From Octopus sinensis (Eukaryota): a stretch of 64,000 bases of DNA. The translations under genes were made by a program, and so were the position numbers. The stretch lies in assembly GCF_006345805.1 (NCBI RefSeq), contig NC_043012.1:31000001-31064000 (forward strand), in the 5' to 3' direction. Below the pieces are notes generated by a model, which saw nothing but the letters and a program-made list of their open reading frames with translations, had not been told where the DNA came from and ran no database searches. This document shows positions 13,713 to 27,945 of this stretch, in pieces. How positions within the stretch are numbered: the stretch's first letter is position 1; each line of letters starts with the position of its first letter.

Positions 13713-14687
13713 TTGGGTCTATATATATACATATATGTATGTATATAAAAAGATTTTAAGGAGAATTTCTTTATATATATATTCTGCTATAGATCAATGC
13801 GTATCAGTCTTCAGAATATACTAATTAATCAGTCGTTAAAATATTAAAATATATTCAAAATTCATGGATACACAAATATATGAAAATCTATTATACATAT
13901 ATAAATAGATAAGTGTATAATGGGTTAGAAGGGCATTGTAAAAATTGTTAAGAATAAGCGTATACCCTTACAAAAAGGTGAATAAAGTAAAGTCTTCTGA
14001 AGAGCGAATGAAAGAACATCGTAGCGTTTAGGTTGGAGTATTTAGATATGTAAATAATCCGAGGGAATAAGTATCACGAAATGTGAAATCCTGAATAATA
14101 TACTCTCTGATGAAGGAGGCAGTATCCAATTTTCGGAATGAAAACACCCTTAAAACCTATGGATTACTGTACCCGTGAAACAGCTGTGACCTCTTCGATG
14201 GCTCTTTGTCCTTCGTGTCTTCTTTTCTTTCTGGTCTTTTCCTATATATATATAATATACCATAAATATTTCTTCATATAATCCCATTCGAAACCAAGCT
14301 GTAAATATGTTTTTTGAAAATATTCCAAGCTCAACGCTACGATGTTCTTTTATTCGCTCTTCGGAAGACTTTATTCACCTTTTTCTAAGGCATACACTTA
14401 TTCTTAGTAATCTTTACAACGCCCATTTTACACTCACCTGTTTATATATGTATATTAGATTTTTATATATTTATTCTTTCATGAGTTTTTAATGTGCTTT
14501 AATATTTTAACAACTGATACATTGGTATGTTTTAAAGACTGACGTTCATTGATCTCTGGCAGAATATAATTAAATAGTTGAACCTATCAGAAATTGTCCA
14601 TAACACTTTTTTTTATACGTTTGTGTCTCGGGTCTTTTATCTGAGCAATTCTGACTACTGCCTGTACAATAGATAAAAGAACCTTAC

Positions 14688-14696
<9 letters not shown>

Positions 14697-14756
<60 letters not shown>

Positions 14757-14828
14757 TGTGTGTGTGGTGTGTGTGTGTGTGTGGTGTGTGTATCTATATA
14801 AATACATACATACATATATATATATGTA

Positions 14829-14867
<39 letters not shown>

Positions 14868-14900
14868 GTATATATTATATATATATATATATTATATATA

Positions 14901-14995
<95 letters not shown>

Positions 14996-15037
14996 ATATA
15001 TATATAAACATACATACATACATACATATATATATAT
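14697..15037. repeat. (AT)n/(GT)n microsatellite
   Basis: Directly visible. Confidence 0.95.
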
Positions 15038-15258
15038 GGGCGTAGAGAAAGCGAGTCATCTCTCTGCGACTTGTAATCTATCTCGTTCTCTCAAAATATT
15101 ATTCATTACTTCTTGAAGTCGGTAACTATTGCGAAATAAACGACCAAAACAGCAAACCCACGCCTACTGTGTGTTGGTGACAGGCAAACAAATGTTAATA
15201 TTATTATTTGTTTTAACTTACCATCACCAACTTTTTTCTTCTTCAAAATAGCATTATT

Positions 15259-15344
<86 letters not shown>

Positions 15345-15579
15345 GTTATCAATTGCATTGTTGTTGTCAGTTTTATCTTCTTGTAAAGCTATACGGTGCA
15401 GACTATCCGGCTGGGCAGGCAGGCTTTACAGACAAAACGCGCTGTTCCACGCCTTCGTCCGTCTCGTCCTGAAGGCGACCCCAAACACAACATCTATTGT
15501 TCTAAAACCTGTTATTATAAACTTCAATCTTAAGGTATTTCTCTCTCTGTCTCTCTTTCTTTCTTTTTCTCGCTCTCTG

Positions 15580-15616
<37 letters not shown>

Positions 15617-15933
15617 GTTATATATCTGCTACTACCGTCGACTACATTCCCTCTTTTTAAAAAAATATATATGCATATGTGGCTTGCTGCGTGCATACAC
15701 ACACACACACATACGCACACACACACACACACACACGCACACACACACACATATACATATGTACATTTGTGCACATACACGCGCGCGTATATGAATGTAT
15801 GAATGTGTATATACATATACATACATAGCAATATATATATGCGTTGTATATATAATGGTTAGATAATCTTGGAATTTATGGCTTGAATAAGTGTAGATGT
15901 GCAAACTTATTTGTTTGATCGTATGTATCTGAT

Positions 15934-15973
<40 letters not shown>

Positions 15974-16138
15974 TATGTGTGTGTGCGTGCGAAACCCGCG
16001 CACTAGAGTGTGCGTGAGGGTAAAGAGAGAGGGAGACAGAGAAAGTGAGAGTTAGAGAGAGTGAAAGACAGATAGGGAGATGGGTAGAGACGAAAGACAG
16101 TTTAAGAGAGATCAAGACAATGAGAAATGTTCTTTTCT

Positions 16139-16528
16139 ACTCTAGGCACAAGACCCGAAAGTTTTGGGGAGAAGGCCAACTGATTAGATCGACTCTAGTA
16201 CGCAGCTGGTACTTAATTTATCGACCCCGAAAGGCTGAAAGGCAAGGTCGACCTCGGCGGAATTTGAACTCACAACGTAAAGACAGACGAAATACCAATT
16301 TTTTACAACCCACAAGGGGCTAAACACAGAGGGGACAAACAAGGACAGACAAACGTATTAAGTCGATTATATCGACCCCAGTGCGTAACTGGTACTTATT
16401 TAATCGACCCCGAAGGGATGAAAGGCAACGTCGACCTCGGCGGAATTTGAACTTAGAATGTAATGGCCGACGAAATACAGCTAAGAGTTTCGCCCGGCGT
16501 GTTAACGTTTCTGCCAATCTCGCCGCCT
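16139..16528 (-). mobile_element. Two tandem SINE family B copies
   Basis: The core ACTGGTACTTA..TCGACCCCGAA.G..GAAAGGCAA.GTCGACCTCGGCGGAATTTGAAC occurs twice. Confidence 0.85.
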
Positions 16529-16910
16529 TATTACAACGAGAAATATTGACGAGAAAACAACTTTGTTGAGTGACAGGATTGTGAATATATAATAGTGTGT
16601 ATATACGTATACGTGTTTATACGTATATATATGCATTTATATAAAAATAAGCTAGAGACATAAATGGGTGGCCAGTGGCATGTATATGCTTAACAAAGAC
16701 AAATACAGGTATATCAAACAGCATACAACATAAACTTTTGATCTATAAGACCGCCATCTCTTGAGAATGTACCATAATTACTAAATGGCAATTAAGATTA
16801 GCCCCACTTAAGGAAAGGAACTATTCTTCAGACTCAAGTATTCTCCAGACTTGACATGTCATCATAATGGAAAACGACAGGATCAATGCCTGAAAATAGG
16901 AGGATATACA

Positions 16911-16990
<80 letters not shown>

Positions 16991-16997
16991 CATATAT

Positions 16998-17212
16998 TAC
17001 TCTTTTACTCTTTTACTTTGTTTCAGTCATTTTGACTGCGGCCATGCTGGAGCACTGCCTTTAGTCGAGCAAATCGACCCCGGGACTTATTCTTTGTAAG
17101 CCCAGTACTTATTCTATCGGTCTCTTTTGTCGAACCGCTAAGTGACGGGGACGTAAACACACCAGCATCGGTTGTCAAGCAATGCTAGGGGGACAAACAC
17201 AGACACACAAAC

Positions 17213-17243
<31 letters not shown>

Positions 17244-17414
17244 CATATATATGACAGGCTTCTTTCAGTTTCCATCTACCAAATCCACTCACAAGGCATT
17301 GGTCGGCCCGGGGCTATAGCAGAAGACACTTACCCAAGATGCCACGGAGTGGGACTGAACCCGGAACCATGTGGTTGGTTAGCAAGCTACTTACCACACA
17401 GCCACTCCTGCGCC
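16998..17414 (-). mobile_element. SINE family A, full length
   Basis: Highly similar to 39384-39806; A/B-box-like head and (GTAAAAGA)n tail. Confidence 0.9.
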
Positions 17415-17416
17415 TA

Positions 17417-17447
<31 letters not shown>

Positions 17448-17499
17448 TTTAAAGTTTCAGCTCAGAGCTGTGGCCATGCTGGTGCACCGCCGTTTTGCT

Positions 17500-20400
17500 A
17501 CACTGTTATTACTAGCCTCCTCTAATATGTGGCACTTAATGAAGAATGGAGTTTGATATAGCTACCCTCATTTGCACTTCTTGCCGTGAGGTAGGCTCAT
17601 CTGGGACTCTCGACAGGAACAGGTCCAGCTTTGATTTAAAAACCCCTACATCTACTTTGTGCAAGTTCCCCAGACTCTTTGGGAGAATATTAAAAAGCTG
17701 TGGGCCCTTGAAACCCAGGCTGTTGCAGTAACTGGTCCTGAAGCATGATGGCATTACTGGGATCTTTGGCACTATGCAGTGTCGTTCCGTTCTGGCATTG
17801 ATGTAGCTTTCAATGCCAAAATTTGGCACAATTTCTTCCAGGATCTTCCAGATATATATTACTGCATACCTCTCCCGTCTTCTCTCCAGGGAATAGAGTC
17901 TTAGCTGTTTCAACCTTTCCCAGTAGCTGAGCTGTTGCAAAGAGACGATCTTCTTTGTGAATCTTCTCTGGATTGCTTCAAGGTCTGCTGTTAATCTCAC
18001 ACTGGTGGGTGACCATAGCTGTGAGCAGTAATCCAGGCGGCTGAGGACGAATGTCCGCCGGAGGACCATCAGGGTTTCCTTATCTCTGGTTCTGAATGTT
18101 CTTAGGATCCATCCAGCCAGTCGTCTGCACTTTGTCGCCATCCTGGTAACGTGCACTTGGAAAGGGGTATCATCACTCATGTCGATACCCATGTCCCTCA
18201 CTGACTTAGGCTCTGGGATTGAAATTCCCTGTGGACCGGTGTACCCTGTAGGTTTAATATTCAGTTTTGGATGCTGGTAGCGCAGGCTCTGGAATTTTTC
18301 AGCATTAAACTGCACATTATTATCCTCAGCCCATCTGTAAATTGAGTCCAACTCCTGCTGCAGGTGTGCAACATCGCTGGGGTTCTGTATTTTCTGTGAG
18401 ACTTCCGTATCATCTGCATAGCTTGCATTTGAGGGCATATCTGAGAGGGCCACTATAAAAAGCAGTGGTCCCAAGACAGTGCCCTGTGGAACACCGCTCA
18501 CTATTTGTGTGTTCATAGAGGTGGCTCCATTAGCCACTACTGCCTGACTCCTATCTTTCAGGAAGTCATGTAACCACACTCCAAGTTTTCCAGCTATGCC
18601 GAGGTCACGCAATTTGTGGCATATCATACCATGATCCACCTTGTCAAAAGCTTTTTCAAAATCAAAGTATATTACGTCCACATTTGATTTGTTGAGTAAC
18701 TGCCTCAACACCCAGTCATAATGTTGTAAGAGCTGGGTCAGGCAGCTCCTACCTGGTCAAAAACCATGCTGGGTATCACTCAGCAAGTTATTTTCCTCAA
18801 GGGATGCGATTAGTTTCTTTCTGACTTTGCTGATGTGTGAAGTCAGAGAGATAGGCCTATAGTGTTTGGCATCTTCCCCATTTATGTATTGGGCATATTA
18901 TTCCCTCCTTCAGCTTGCTTGGCAGTTTGCCATTTGTAAGAAAGCTCTGGAAGAGAATCTTGAGGGGATTTGCCTGGGAATGTTTACACGATTTGAGGAG
19001 GATTGCTGGGAAACCATCAGGACCAGCAGTTGAGTTTGTGTCCACTTCATCTATGGCTAGTAGTACATCTTCGCTAATGTCAATGTATTCCATCATAACT
19101 GCCTCGCTGGTTATAGGAGAGGCGGTAAAGAAGTCCACTGGTTCGTCACTTGTCTGTGTTCCAACAGGGTGGTAAAGACACTTTTGAACTGCTCATCCAG
19201 TATTTCACTGATCTTTGTTGGACTGTCTGTGAGAGAGAGCCATCCTTTTGGAGGAGGGGTCCTATCTTGTAGTATACTGAGGCTGTTTCTTTCGCGTAAT
19301 GAAAGAAGGCCTTTGTGTTTGACTTAATGTTTTTTACAACCCAGGCTTCTTTGTCTGCTTTCTCCCTCACATAGGATTGTTTCAGCCTTTTTTCGATCTC
19401 TATCAGTGTTGTTTTTAGGCGGGACGTTTCGCTGCTTTTGGGATGTTGGTTGAGTCAATTTGCAACCTTCGTCCATCGTCTCATGAGGATCTTCCTATCG
19501 CTTGGAATCTTGCTCCTATTTGTTTTGGTCTTGTGCTCTGGGACATATTTCTGGCATATGGCTTGCACAGAAGACATGAAACATTCTGGTTTCATGTCAA
19601 GGTCTGGTGTGGAGAGACATTTCGGCCAGTCCTCTCTGAGGATCTCTTTTTGGATCGATTTCCAATATGCTTTGTGGAAGTTCAAATTGGAGAGATTTCG
19701 GGTGATTCCTTTAGGCTGTATGTCTCTGGTTACTTTCGGCCCAAGCATAGGCAGCTCTATTATGTTGTGATCCGAGACTAATGTCGATGTCACTTTCACA
19801 TCATGAATGATGTCTATATTATTCGTGAAGCAGAGATCCTGAATGTTATTCGCCCTAGTTGGTTTGAATACAAATTGCTCCATGAATAAGGCATTGGTGA
19901 GGTTGAGCAGGGACTCCACCTGTGCTTGCTTGCAATGAGTCATTCCTGCAATGGGCAATTTGACGTTGGGGAAGTTGAAATCACCCATAAGAAATATGGT
20001 CACTGGTGTTCCAGATCATGAGGATTTCTTTAATTCTTGTGAGGCAATCTTCAAACTTGCCTATGTGGTTTGGAGCATCCGGTGGGCAATATGTATTGCA
20101 TATGACTATGTTATGTTGTCTTATGTATACAATTAGAGTGTCACATACCGAATTTGAGTATGACAGTAAGACCTGGGGTGTGAGGTCATCACCGATGTAT
20201 ACTGCAACTCCACCATGGCTCCTTTCCCTTCTGTCTGTTCGCAGTATGGCATAGTTTGGTACGTGTACTTCTGCGTCCTCTATGTCAGGGCTGAGGTGAG
20301 TTTCCACGAGTGCTATGCATAGGGCTTGATTGCATGCAGTAAGATCTCCCAGGAAAGAAATTTTGCTTTTATTTTGATGCAACAGGCCCCCAATATTTAG

Positions 20401-22650
20401 TAAAAGTATTGGGGTGACGACTGTGCAGGCATTAGGAGAGGCCATCCCGTGTCTGTTGACTGTGGTGGTCTTGCATAGTGGTGGGCAAGGTTCCTTCTTT
20501 GTGTTTGGCGTAGCCAGGTTAACTGCTGGACAATCCTTTGCGCCATGCACAAAAAATACTCTTGCTCAGCTGCTGCGTTGCGCAGAACATCTGAGGAGCA
20601 CACTTCTTTTCTGAATGTTTTCCTGGGAGACATTTCTTGCCTTTCCTCGGTAAAGTTCTTCTCTTTAAGGCCCCTGTAGTTCTGGCGGGGTGTCGGGTGG
20701 GAAAACCGGCAGTTTTTGCCGTCCTCCCCATGCCAACATTTTCCCTGCAGGTAAAATTTACAGGTTCTTGGCTGCCTTTCAGATTTCTTTTTTCCTGTAG
20801 GATTTTGGGTGGCATTGGGTCCTCCATGGGGTTTTCTGTTGTTTGTTTGGTGGGTTGTGGTTTCAGTTTTGGTTATTTTGCCTTTACTTTTGTTTTCCGT
20901 CCTTCTTTTTTTCTTCTGTTTTTCTAATTTCTCATTTCTTTGTAGGACAGGGGGGGGGGGCTTCCCTTTACTGTTCCCTTGGCTCCCCTATCCTTTTCTG
21001 CCTGGTCGTTCACCGGGGTAGGTGATCCATTTTCTTGAGGAACTTCAGGATTACAGAAACTTCCGGGTTCTTTTTCTTTTTCGTCCTCTCCACCCATATT
21101 AGCCTTGCCACAATCATTTTCAATTATGTTATCCAAGGTGTTGATGTGTTGTCTTATAAGCATGTAAGACCGGATATACTCACTTTTCTTCCGGTCTATC
21201 TGGTCAATGGTTCTGTGAAAGCCATTGTTCTTTAGCGCAGCAGTGATGATGTTGTTTGGCGGATCTCCACTAGCAATCGTACGTGCTCGTAGCAGAAGAT
21301 TTAATTCTTTCTTTTCCCACGTTGGTGCCATCTTCGTTTTTAAGCCCAGAGGGGGAGTAGAGGCTAGAGAGGTAATGTGAGATAGAGGGAGGTAGAGGAG
21401 AAGCACAGAGGGGGGAATAGGGAAAGAGAGAGGGAGATATGAAGGAAAGAGAGAGGTGCTATGAAGGAAATAGAGAGGGTGATATGGGGAAAGCAAGGGG
21501 GTGTGGCGTGTTATAGAGACAGAGGAAGGGAGAGGAAGGGGAGAGGAGGGAGAGAGAAAGAGTCAGAGTGAAGGAGGGGAGGGGAAGAGAAAGAGAAGCA
21601 GAGTGAAGTGCAGGAGGGGAAGAGAAAGAGAGACAGAGGGAGAGGATGGCAAGAGAAAGAGAAGCAGTGAGGGAGAGACAGGAAAAGATGAAGGATGCGG
21701 GAGAGAGAGGGAGAAACGGAGTGAGAGGAATGGGCAAATGAGAAGTATATGAATGAGAGGGTGGTGTGACAGGAGGAGAGGTAGATGTGAGATGAAAGGG
21801 AAAGAGAAGTGAGAAAAGAGGAGGATATGAAAGGGAGGGAGAAAGACGAGAAAAAGAGTAAGATATGCAAGAGAGAGGGAAAGAGTAGGCGTAAAGAGAG
21901 AGGAGCTGGAAGTAGAGGAGTATATGTAAGGGAGGAGAGGGGAAGAAGATAGATATGAAGAGAGTGGGGAAACGAAAGAAATATATAATTCTAAACTAAT
22001 TACGATTATATTTCTAAAAAAGTTTTCTAAATAAATTTAAAGAGATAAAGTGAAAAAAGATTGAAAGCGGAGTGGACGCTGTAAGAGAAGTTGAAAGAAA
22101 AAAGAAAATTATTCTCAGAAAGTAAACAGCGATGAAATCGTAGCTCAGATATTAACTTAAATTAAAGGAAAATAAACAAATGAAAAGGATACTTATTTGC
22201 AGGAGGCAAAACTCCAAATCCTTGTCCTTGTACGAAGTTTTCTTTCAAAAATGAAAAGAAAACAATTCCTTTTGCCTCTTACATCCGGCTGGAAATAAAA
22301 ATACGACTCGCAACCACGTGCTTTCTCGAAATAGTATATAATTCTAAACTAAATATTTATATTTCTAAATAATTCTAAAGAGATAACGTGAAAAATAGAT
22401 TGAAAGTGAAGTGGACACTAACAGAAATTGAAAGAAAATTATTCACAAAATGTAAACAAAGATGGGATCGTAATTCAAATGTTACCTTAAATTAAAGGAA
22501 AATGAAAAGGATACTTATTTGAAAGAGGTTAAATTCAAAATCCTTGTCCTTGTACGAAGTTTTCTTTCAAAAAAGAAAAGAAAACAATTGTTTTTGCTTC
22601 TTACATTCGGCTGGAAATAAAAATACGACTTGCAACAACGTGCTTTTTCG
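17500..22650 (-). mobile_element. Near-full-length CR1/L2-like LINE, frameshifted
   Basis: ORF1 at ~20519-21331; APE endonuclease (LNIGGL, LVETHL, GGVAVY, TYCPP, MGDFNFP, QDLCFTN, SDHNII) at 19455-20400; RT (DFEKAFDKVDH, SGVPQGTVLGPLLF, YADD, LYSLERRRER) at 17536-18711. Confidence 0.9.
17536..18711 (-). pseudogene. LINE ORF2 reverse transcriptase and C-terminal part (391-aa open stretch)
   Basis: RT motifs including YADD; upstream ORF2 pieces lie in other frames. Confidence 0.9.
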
Positions 22651-23149
22651 ACGAAACCGACTTTAATGTAATATATTTGGCTTGTAGCGAAATATATTAC
22701 GGTTTTTAATTAATATATTTTAGTAGACCGTTATGAGATAACAAGTTCTACGCTTTTTGTCAGTTTTAGTAGATTATTTCGTCGATTTATGCAACCCCTT
22801 TTGGTTGTTTCAGAGAACGAAAAAAAAAAACACGTCTTTCTTCAATGAAATCGGAAGTATATATATATATATATATAACGGGAAGCTTTATGAAAATAAA
22901 CAAAAAACGAAGGCAGGTGGAGTACAAACAAACAATTGTATTAGCATGGCGCTCAGGAATAGAAATAAAACAAGTCTTTTACACACACACAGATGATGGT
23001 TTTCTTGTCGTGAACGCCAAATGAGGGTTCAGTAAAATAAAGCGTTAATAACGTTCTATGGAGACGAATGTGTCTCTTGAGGCCTGTTGGTGCCTTGAAA
23101 ACGTTTTGGCAAATGAAACAAGTTGACTCCTCAGTTTATTCGAGTGCTT

Positions 23150-23860
23150 GTGTTATCAGAAACTTCCTGCATTGCTTCGTGTCACAAAACCACAATGACA
23201 AGTAAGGTTTTAATTTGTTAACGTGCCTTCATGCTTGCACGAAGTTGGTCTCGATGTTGGGGTCGACTTTGCTCCAATATTTAAACGGAGGAGAAACAGG
23301 ACTGGCGCTAGGTCCCCCGTTCTGATGCTTTGTTTTCCCGGGAAGAAAAGGATATGATGCATCGTCTCAGATTGCCTTTTAGTTTGTCTTAAAGTAATAT
23401 CTGAATACGCTTCGGAATTCAGATATTACTCATATGTGAGAGATGACCTGACCATCTAAACTGTATTTTGATGAGGATGGCTTCAATACACGATATGTTG
23501 CATTTTGTGACCATATTCTCCCTGTTTGGAATATGGTTACTCGGTTTTATGCTGGAGATAGGCAAACATCGCATATGAAAAGGGTCAAGCTGGTTGATGT
23601 GATTTCGCTACAGAGTCCAAGATTCGGCATCATAAAGCAATGTTGTCAAGATGGACGACTTATATACATCAACTTTCACTTTCAACGACACGTCTTGGCT
23701 GTTCCAAAGCCTGTGATAAAGCTTACCCAAAGCGGAGCTAGCCTTCCCGATTCTAGACTCAATTGCTTTATCCATCATTGCATTACTGGACACAATGGAA
23801 CCAAGATAAGGGAAGGAGGAAAGATTTTATAATGCTTTCCCATCAGTACATACAACAGCA
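23150..23860 (-). mobile_element. RTE-clade LINE 3' fragment
   Basis: RIGKASSALGKLYHRLWNSQDVSLKVKVDVYKSSILTTLLYDAESWTL; terminal TCHCGFVTRSNAG. Confidence 0.85.
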
Positions 23861-26159
23861 ACAACAACAGCAACAACAACAGCAACAACAGGAAGACGGT
23901 CATGAATGGACAAGCTCAGTTTTCTTGATGCTGATAGTCAGACCAAAAGCCTTCGTTGCACGCGACGTATTACCTTCAAGGAATATTACTTGTTGTCTTG
24001 TTTTGGTGCTCAAAACTTTCATTCCGGGACGATGTTCGTCCCGGTATATTGTCATTCTATTCGTTTAGTCAAGAGAGAAGTTATATTTTTCGCTATTTTG
24101 CAACTAATATGTAATAAACCCCCTGAAAAATATATCTTATTTCCCCTCCTTCCATAAATATAACTGATAACATTCTGCTTAACTTTTTCAACGTTATAAT
24201 TCTTTCACTCCTTCAATGTTGCTGCTGTTGTTCTGTTCAATTGTAATGTTTTCAGCGAAACTCTGAATGGTGAACTTAGATTTCACATATGAACGTGAAA
24301 TAAAGATTTCTTCAGTGAATGCGAGCAAAAGTCTAACAAGCTTGATAGTTATCGCATTCAAGTTGAGGACCAGTCACATCTCAAAGAATAAATATGAATA
24401 AAATCATCTCCCAAATATGTTTTCGATCCTATCATAAGAACTTTTCTCCCAGCACATTCTCTGTAGCGAGAATCTTTCGTCGGTGTCCAAGTGTACACGA
24501 ACGTGTTAAAGATAACTGTTCATACATACACACACACACACACGTTCTTTACTATAGACACAAGGCCTGAAATTTTGAGGGAGGGGTATAGTTGCAATAT
24601 TCATTTGATACATATTTTATCATTTTATCGACTTCCCAAATGATAAAAAGCGAAGTCCATCTCATCGAATTTGAATTCAACATATAAAGATGGACGAAAC
24701 ACTGCAATGTATCTTTCCAGGTGACAAGCACAAACACAACACAACACACACACACACATACACACACATTTGTATATATGTAGGACTTCCACAATTTCCT
24801 TCGAACATAAACCAAATATCAAGGGTTTGGTCAACCCTATACAAACGCAGATGACACTTGACGAAGGTGCTGCACATGTGGCCTGATCTCGAAACCATGT
24901 GGTTGCAAAGCGAACTTCTAACCAGACAGCCATACCTGCGCCGATATATCTGAGTGAATATTCCCTATATCCATATGAGCACAAATATTTGCGTTTTTGA
25001 TTTAGGCTGATATGATTTATCTGTTGTTTTCTAGCTCTAAGATTATACCTGGAAATGACATCGATGTATTTCTAAGAGTTATATATTTTACTGTTCCGAG
25101 TGTCAAAATTTAGTACAAAATGTTTCCTTGGATTTTTCGGGTAAGTATATTATACCAAATATATCGTCTACACACGTGGTTTAAATCGCACATTCACTCT
25201 TTGATACCGCTTTGCTTTCTAGTATGGTTATAAAGAACATCGCACACATTAGGCCCCATAGGAGACTCCATGGCTTCTCCGTCGTTCTACTGATATAACT
25301 TTCCAATGTACAAGAAAGGACCATTGTCATGGCAGGACACTAATAATTTCCTCAGCATATTAACTAGTATAGTGGTGGTGGGGAAGTCTGTTATTGTAGA
25401 AATATTGTAATATAGAATCTATTGTGTTCACCAATGGAAGGTTGGTAAACGGAAATTCAATGTGTTGCGTGGAGATGTTATCTACTTGGCTGGTTTCTTT
25501 GAAGATCTCAAAGAACTTTGCCGATCACCGTAAACTATATAATATGTTTTGTTTACTTCTAAGAACTTTTTTCAATTGTGAAATCTGCCCTTTGCATGTG
25601 ACTCATGTGACCCGTTATTAATCAATGAAACTCAAAGTGTATGTATGTATGTGCGTATGTATGATTGTGTGTGGGGGTGTGTACAATCCTAAGGAAAGCA
25701 TTCAATATATATAAAATGTATGAAATACAAATTTGATCAAAATGAGATTCAAACAATGAGATCCTAGCATTCAATAACTTAACATTTTGAGCTTTAGAAT
25801 TCGGCTGACATTGCAAAGTATATCAGGTGTATAGATATATGTGTCTGTGTGTGAGTGTGTGTGCATGTATGTATATAAGTGCATAAATTACTCCCATACA
25901 CACACACACACGCACATATATGTACGTATATGCATTTATATAATACACGTATTAAGGAGGCATACGAAATATGACAGGTGAAAGAACAAGAAGAGAAAAG
26001 AAGGACCTGAATAGAAAAAAGGTGGAAAGAAGCGGAAACAGGAAACAATTAACGTGTGTCTGCAAAGGTTATGAACCTATTTCGATAAAGAAATATTGGT
26101 AGGAAACAAATATGAAACATATTGGGAATGAATTAAGAAGTAAACGGTAACAAAATAGA

Positions 26160-26660
26160 GAGGAGGAGGAGGAGAAGGAGGAGAAGGAGAAGAAGAAGGT
26201 GAGGAGGAGGAGGAGGAGAAGAAGAAGAAGAAGAAAAAGAGGAGGGGACAGAAGAAGAGGAGGAGGAGGAGGAGGAGGAGGAGGCAGAAGAAGAAGAAGA
26301 AGAAGAAGAAGAGGAGGAGGAGACAGAAGAAGAAGGAGGAGAAGAAGAAGGAGAAGAAGAAGAAGAAGAAGAAGAAGAAGAGGAGGAGACAGAAGAAGAA
26401 GAAGGAGAAGAAGAAGGAGAAGAAGAAGAAGAAGAAGAAGAAGAGGAAGAGGAAGAAGGAGAAGAAGAAGAAGAAGAGGAGGAAGAAAAAGAAGAAGAAG
26501 AAGAAGAAGAAGAAAAAGAAGGAGAAAAAAGAAGAAGAAAGAAGAAGAAGAGGAAAAAAGAAGAAAGAAGAAGAAGAAGAAGAAAAAGAAGAAGAAGAAG
26601 AAGAAGAAGACGAAGAAGAAGAAGAAGAAGAAAGTAAAGGAGGTAGCAAAGGAGGTATGT
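26160..26660. repeat. (GAA)/(GAG) homopurine tract
   Basis: Directly visible; explains the poly-R/K and poly-F ORFs. Confidence 0.95.
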
Positions 26661-27834
26661 TCAGAGGCTGGAAGAAAGGAAAGGTTGGTATATATTGATG
26701 AGTTTATGTTTGGGTGTTTATAAAGAACATAAGTCAGAAGAGGCGGAGAAGGAATAAAAACAAAAAGAATAACAAATCGACTTAAATGTTTTTAGACCAG
26801 TAAATATAGAATGATCAAACATCTGACCAGTAAATATAAACGATAAACGAAACAACATCGCGTTCTTTTGCTAATTTTGAGAAATGATGATCACTTTCCA
26901 CCAAAATTCTATATTTTCGAATATGTTTTTGACACAAAGATATATATTAGGAAGGAGATTTCTAAACATTAAAAAAAATCCAAGCCTTTTTAAAACACAT
27001 TCTCAAAAGTTTAGACGAATTAAAAGAAAGTGAAAGTAGAATATATTTAGTTTTAGCGTAAAATAGAATTCCGTAGTTGGTACTTGTTTCGACGACGACA
27101 CTTTGAGATGAACTCTTGACAAGAATTCAATCTATTGACTGGTGAATTTGTTAGAAGTGATTATGTGCGTTATTTAGTAGCACCAAAATATGGTAAAGAA
27201 AATTCAGCTGGTGACCACCTAAACCTCTTAGTCTCCATACATGCTACGTAGTGAGATGGTACTTCTTACTTCTAAATGCCTAAAAGAACAATTATTTGTA
27301 TATAACTACTTAAATGTATATTATTTTAATCCACTTCACTGCTTCCAGCCAATTTCCCTTTTGGCACCATGTCATAAAGTGGATATGCATTCACGTTGCA
27401 GTGAATTCTGCTGAAAGCTGAGAAGTTGGTAAGATATTTATTACAACTGTAGCTTGAAAAAATTTAAAGAATCTTTTTTGAAATATTATGCTACCTGTAA
27501 TTATGCTACCTGTGATTATTTGGAAAATACTTCTGCCCGCTGCTTAGAAAGGTTCGTGTTATTTTCTATAAAGTGGTGGTTATACTAATTAATATTACAT
27601 TTACATGGTGTTTTAGGGATATGCACCATGTTGCGATATTGAATATACTGTATTTCCTCGCGACACCCATTCTTTCCTATTGAAAAATAGTTTCTGCTTC
27701 AGATAAAAGTTCAGTGAATCAACGACTAAAATTACTGACAACATTCTTAAAGATTATTGGCTATATCTTCTGACTGGAATGTGTTTGACGAAAACTGCGC
27801 AAAAGTTGTGCACAAATACAGAGATGCATATATG

Positions 27835-27835
27835 A

Positions 27836-27916
<81 letters not shown>

Positions 27917-27945
27917 CGTGTGTGTGTGTGTGTGTGTGGTGTGTG
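27835..27945. repeat. (AT)n-(GT)n microsatellite
   Basis: Directly visible. Confidence 0.95.

Larger units (their letters stand above)
12137..14560. mobile_element. Penelope-like element relic complex with nested inverted segments
   Basis: Inverted pairs 12137-12367/12886-13108, 13068-13184/14183-14298 and ~13800-14045/~14318-14555; CUGAUGA..GAAA motifs; KSSEERMKEHRS (~13990-14025) resembles the GIY-YIG R..EH helix. Confidence 0.65.

Noticed and set aside
14107-14190. CUGAUGA..GAAACAGCUGU motif
   Set aside because: Position 17 is G and the 3' strand of stem I is lost at an inversion junction.
24190-24370. ~59-codon minus-strand open stretch with a vague cadherin look
   Set aside because: No diagnostic motifs or convincing splice sites.
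26160-26660. Homopurine tract as functional triplex DNA or a coding repeat
   Set aside because: Such tracts are common in this repeat-rich window; there is no specific evidence.
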